57,550 bases of DNA from Candidatus Actinomarinales bacterium (GTDB lineage Bacteria > Actinomycetota > Acidimicrobiia > Actinomarinales > Actinomarinaceae), in the NCBI GenBank assembly GCA_004214055.1, contig SGYT01000001.1, positions 1 through 57,550 on the forward strand, read 5' to 3'. Position 1 is the first letter of the stretch; each line of letters begins with the position of its first letter. The notes below the pieces were generated by a model, which had not been told where the DNA came from, ran no database searches, and saw only the letters and a program-made list of their open reading frames with translations. Shown here piece by piece: positions 56,171 to 57,550 of this stretch. Both the position numbers and the translations under genes were made by a program.

Positions 56171-57550
56171 TTAAAATGCTGAAGCAAATATTAAGCTAAC
56201 AATAGTCATTACTTTTATAACTATATTCATTGCGGGACCAGAAGTGTCTTTAAATGGGTCTCCAATTGTATCCCCAATTACAGCAGCTTTATGTTCATCA
56301 GAACCCTTACCTGCTCCACCTCCTGCTTCGATGTATTTCTTTGCGTTGTCCCAAGCTCCTCCTGAGTTAGCCATAAATATTGCAAGCAGAAATCCAGTAA
56401 CTAATGATCCAGCTAGAAATCCACCAAGAGCTTCTTTGTCCCAAAACCCAATTAAAAGGGGTAAAGATATTGCTAAACCTCCAGGAAGTAACATCTCCTT
56501 AAGTGCAGCTGTTGTGGCTATATCAACACATTTTGTGTAGTCAGGAACAACTCCTTCTTTTCCTTCTCTTAAGCCGGGAATTTCATTAAATTGTCTTCTA
56601 ACTTCTTCAATCATTTTAAAAGCGGCTCTGCCAACCGCATTAATTGTCATAGCAGCAAATAGAAATGGAAACATACCACCAAGAAATAGCCCAAGAGTAA
56701 CTTCCACTTCTGTAATGTCTAATTTTTCAATACCGGCACTTTGTACAAAAGCTGAGAATAAAGCAAGTGCTGTCACAGCTGCTGATCCTATAGCGAATCC
56801 TTTTGCAATAGCTGCTGTCGTGTTACCAAGAGAATCTAATTCATCTGTAGCTTCTCTTACTTCTGGGGGTAGATGAGCCATTTCAGCAATACCTCCAGCA
56901 TTATCAGCAATTGGTCCATATGCATCAACGGCAACAGTTATTCCTAATGTCGAAAGAACCCCAATAGCTGCAATGGCAATTCCATATATACCACCATCAG
57001 GACCCAAAGCCCAGTCTCCTGCTGTGTACGCTCCAAATATACCAACCACGACTACAACAACTGAGAAAGCAGCTGATCTCATTCCTTCAGCTATTCCCGA
57101 AAGCACTAAAGTTGCTGGACCTGTTTTTGCTTGATCTGCAATATTTTTTACAACTGAATGGTGGTCGGAAGTAAACCATTCTGATATTTGTCCAACCAAA
57201 AGTCCCACTCCAAGTCCAATAATTACTGAGAAAAATAGGCCTATAGGGTTTTCAGCATAATCAGAAAACATATAATCACTTAAAAAATATACTCCAACCA
57301 CGGTTAAAACTGCAGCACTATATGTTCCTCTATGAAGGGCTTGAGCTAGTTTTCCTTCTTTTGGAACAACTAAAAATGATGAAAGGATTGATGCCCCCAT
57401 ACCTATTGTTCCTACAGCTAATGGAAAAAGTAATAATGATGGGAGAACGCTTTGACCTGCAAATACAATTGCAGCATAAGCAAGAGGAGCAACCAAAGAT
57501 CCTACATAGCTCTCAAAAAGATCGGCTCCCATGCCTGCTACATCTCCAAC
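56171..57550 (-). CDS. hppA: membrane-bound proton/sodium-translocating pyrophosphatase (5' end outside window)
   Basis: VGDVAGMGADLFESY, GNTTAAIAKGFAIGSAA and DNAKKYIE motifs. The frame stays open to base 57550. Ala in GNTTAA is the K+-dependent-type signature. Confidence 0.94.
   Translation of the reverse strand, partial: VGDVAGMGADLFESYVGSLVAPLAYAAIVFAGQSVLPSLLLFPLAVGTIGMGASILSSFLVVPKEGKLAQALHRGTYSAAVLTVVGVYFLSDYMFSDYAENPIGLFFSVIIGLGVGLLVGQISEWFTSDHHSVVKNIADQAKTGPATLVLSGIAEGMRSAAFSVVVVVVGIFGAYTAGDWALGPDGGIYGIAIAAIGVLSTLGITVAVDAYGPIADNAGGIAEMAHLPPEVREATDELDSLGNTTAAIAKGFAIGSAAVTALALFSAFVQSAGIEKLDITEVEVTLGLFLGGMFPFLFAAMTINAVGRAAFKMIEEVRRQFNEIPGLREGKEGVVPDYTKCVDIATTAALKEMLLPGGLAISLPLLIGFWDKEALGGFLAGSLVTGFLLAIFMANSGGAWDNAKKYIEAGGGAGKGSDEHKAAVIGDTIGDPFKDTSGPAMNIVIKVMTIVSLIFASAF

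Noticed and set aside
1-57550. CRISPR arrays, IS elements or transposases, prophage genes, toxin-antitoxin or other defence modules
   Set aside because: I saw no spaced direct repeats or terminal inverted repeats. No ORF carries nuclease, integrase, helicase-of-defence or toxin-like motifs. Every sizeable ORF is accounted for by housekeeping or transporter functions, or is one of six unknowns (98, 95, 156, 281, 298 and 44 aa) that are not adjacent to each other.

Overview
This is a very AT-rich (about one-third G+C by eye), extremely compact chromosomal stretch made almost entirely of housekeeping genes. Most neighbouring genes overlap by 1-40 nt or are separated by fewer than 50 nt. Gene order matches a classic Actinobacteria core region, so I infer a genome-streamlined, low-GC actinobacterium (Actinomarinales-like); that lineage call is a guess. 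The conserved order runs: nuoA-N preceded by a geranylgeranyl reductase and rex; disA-carD-ispF-cysS-rlmB; clpC-lysS-coaX-panC-folK-folB-folP-folE-ftsH-hpt-tilS; metX-metY-metK; tmk-holB; topA. I found no mobile elements, CRISPR arrays, defence genes or obvious islands, and no convincing novel multi-gene system. The items most worth a second look are non-coding or structural. (1) Two paralogous SAM-I-clan (SAM-IV-like) riboswitches lie ahead of metY-metX and metK, and their pseudoknots co-vary. (2) A perfect Rex operator abuts the nuoA ribosome-binding site. (3) topA is split exactly at the core/C-terminal-domain boundary into two overlapping ORFs. (4) A phosphatase-fold protein lacking its catalytic Cys sits between folP and folB. 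(5) An unlisted 44-codon membrane ORF is coupled to the nuoN stop codon. (6) The leader of a compositionally atypical branched-chain amino-acid binding lipoprotein carries a terminator-like hairpin and a 15-bp palindrome. All calls rest on reading the sequence and recognising motifs; no searches were run.
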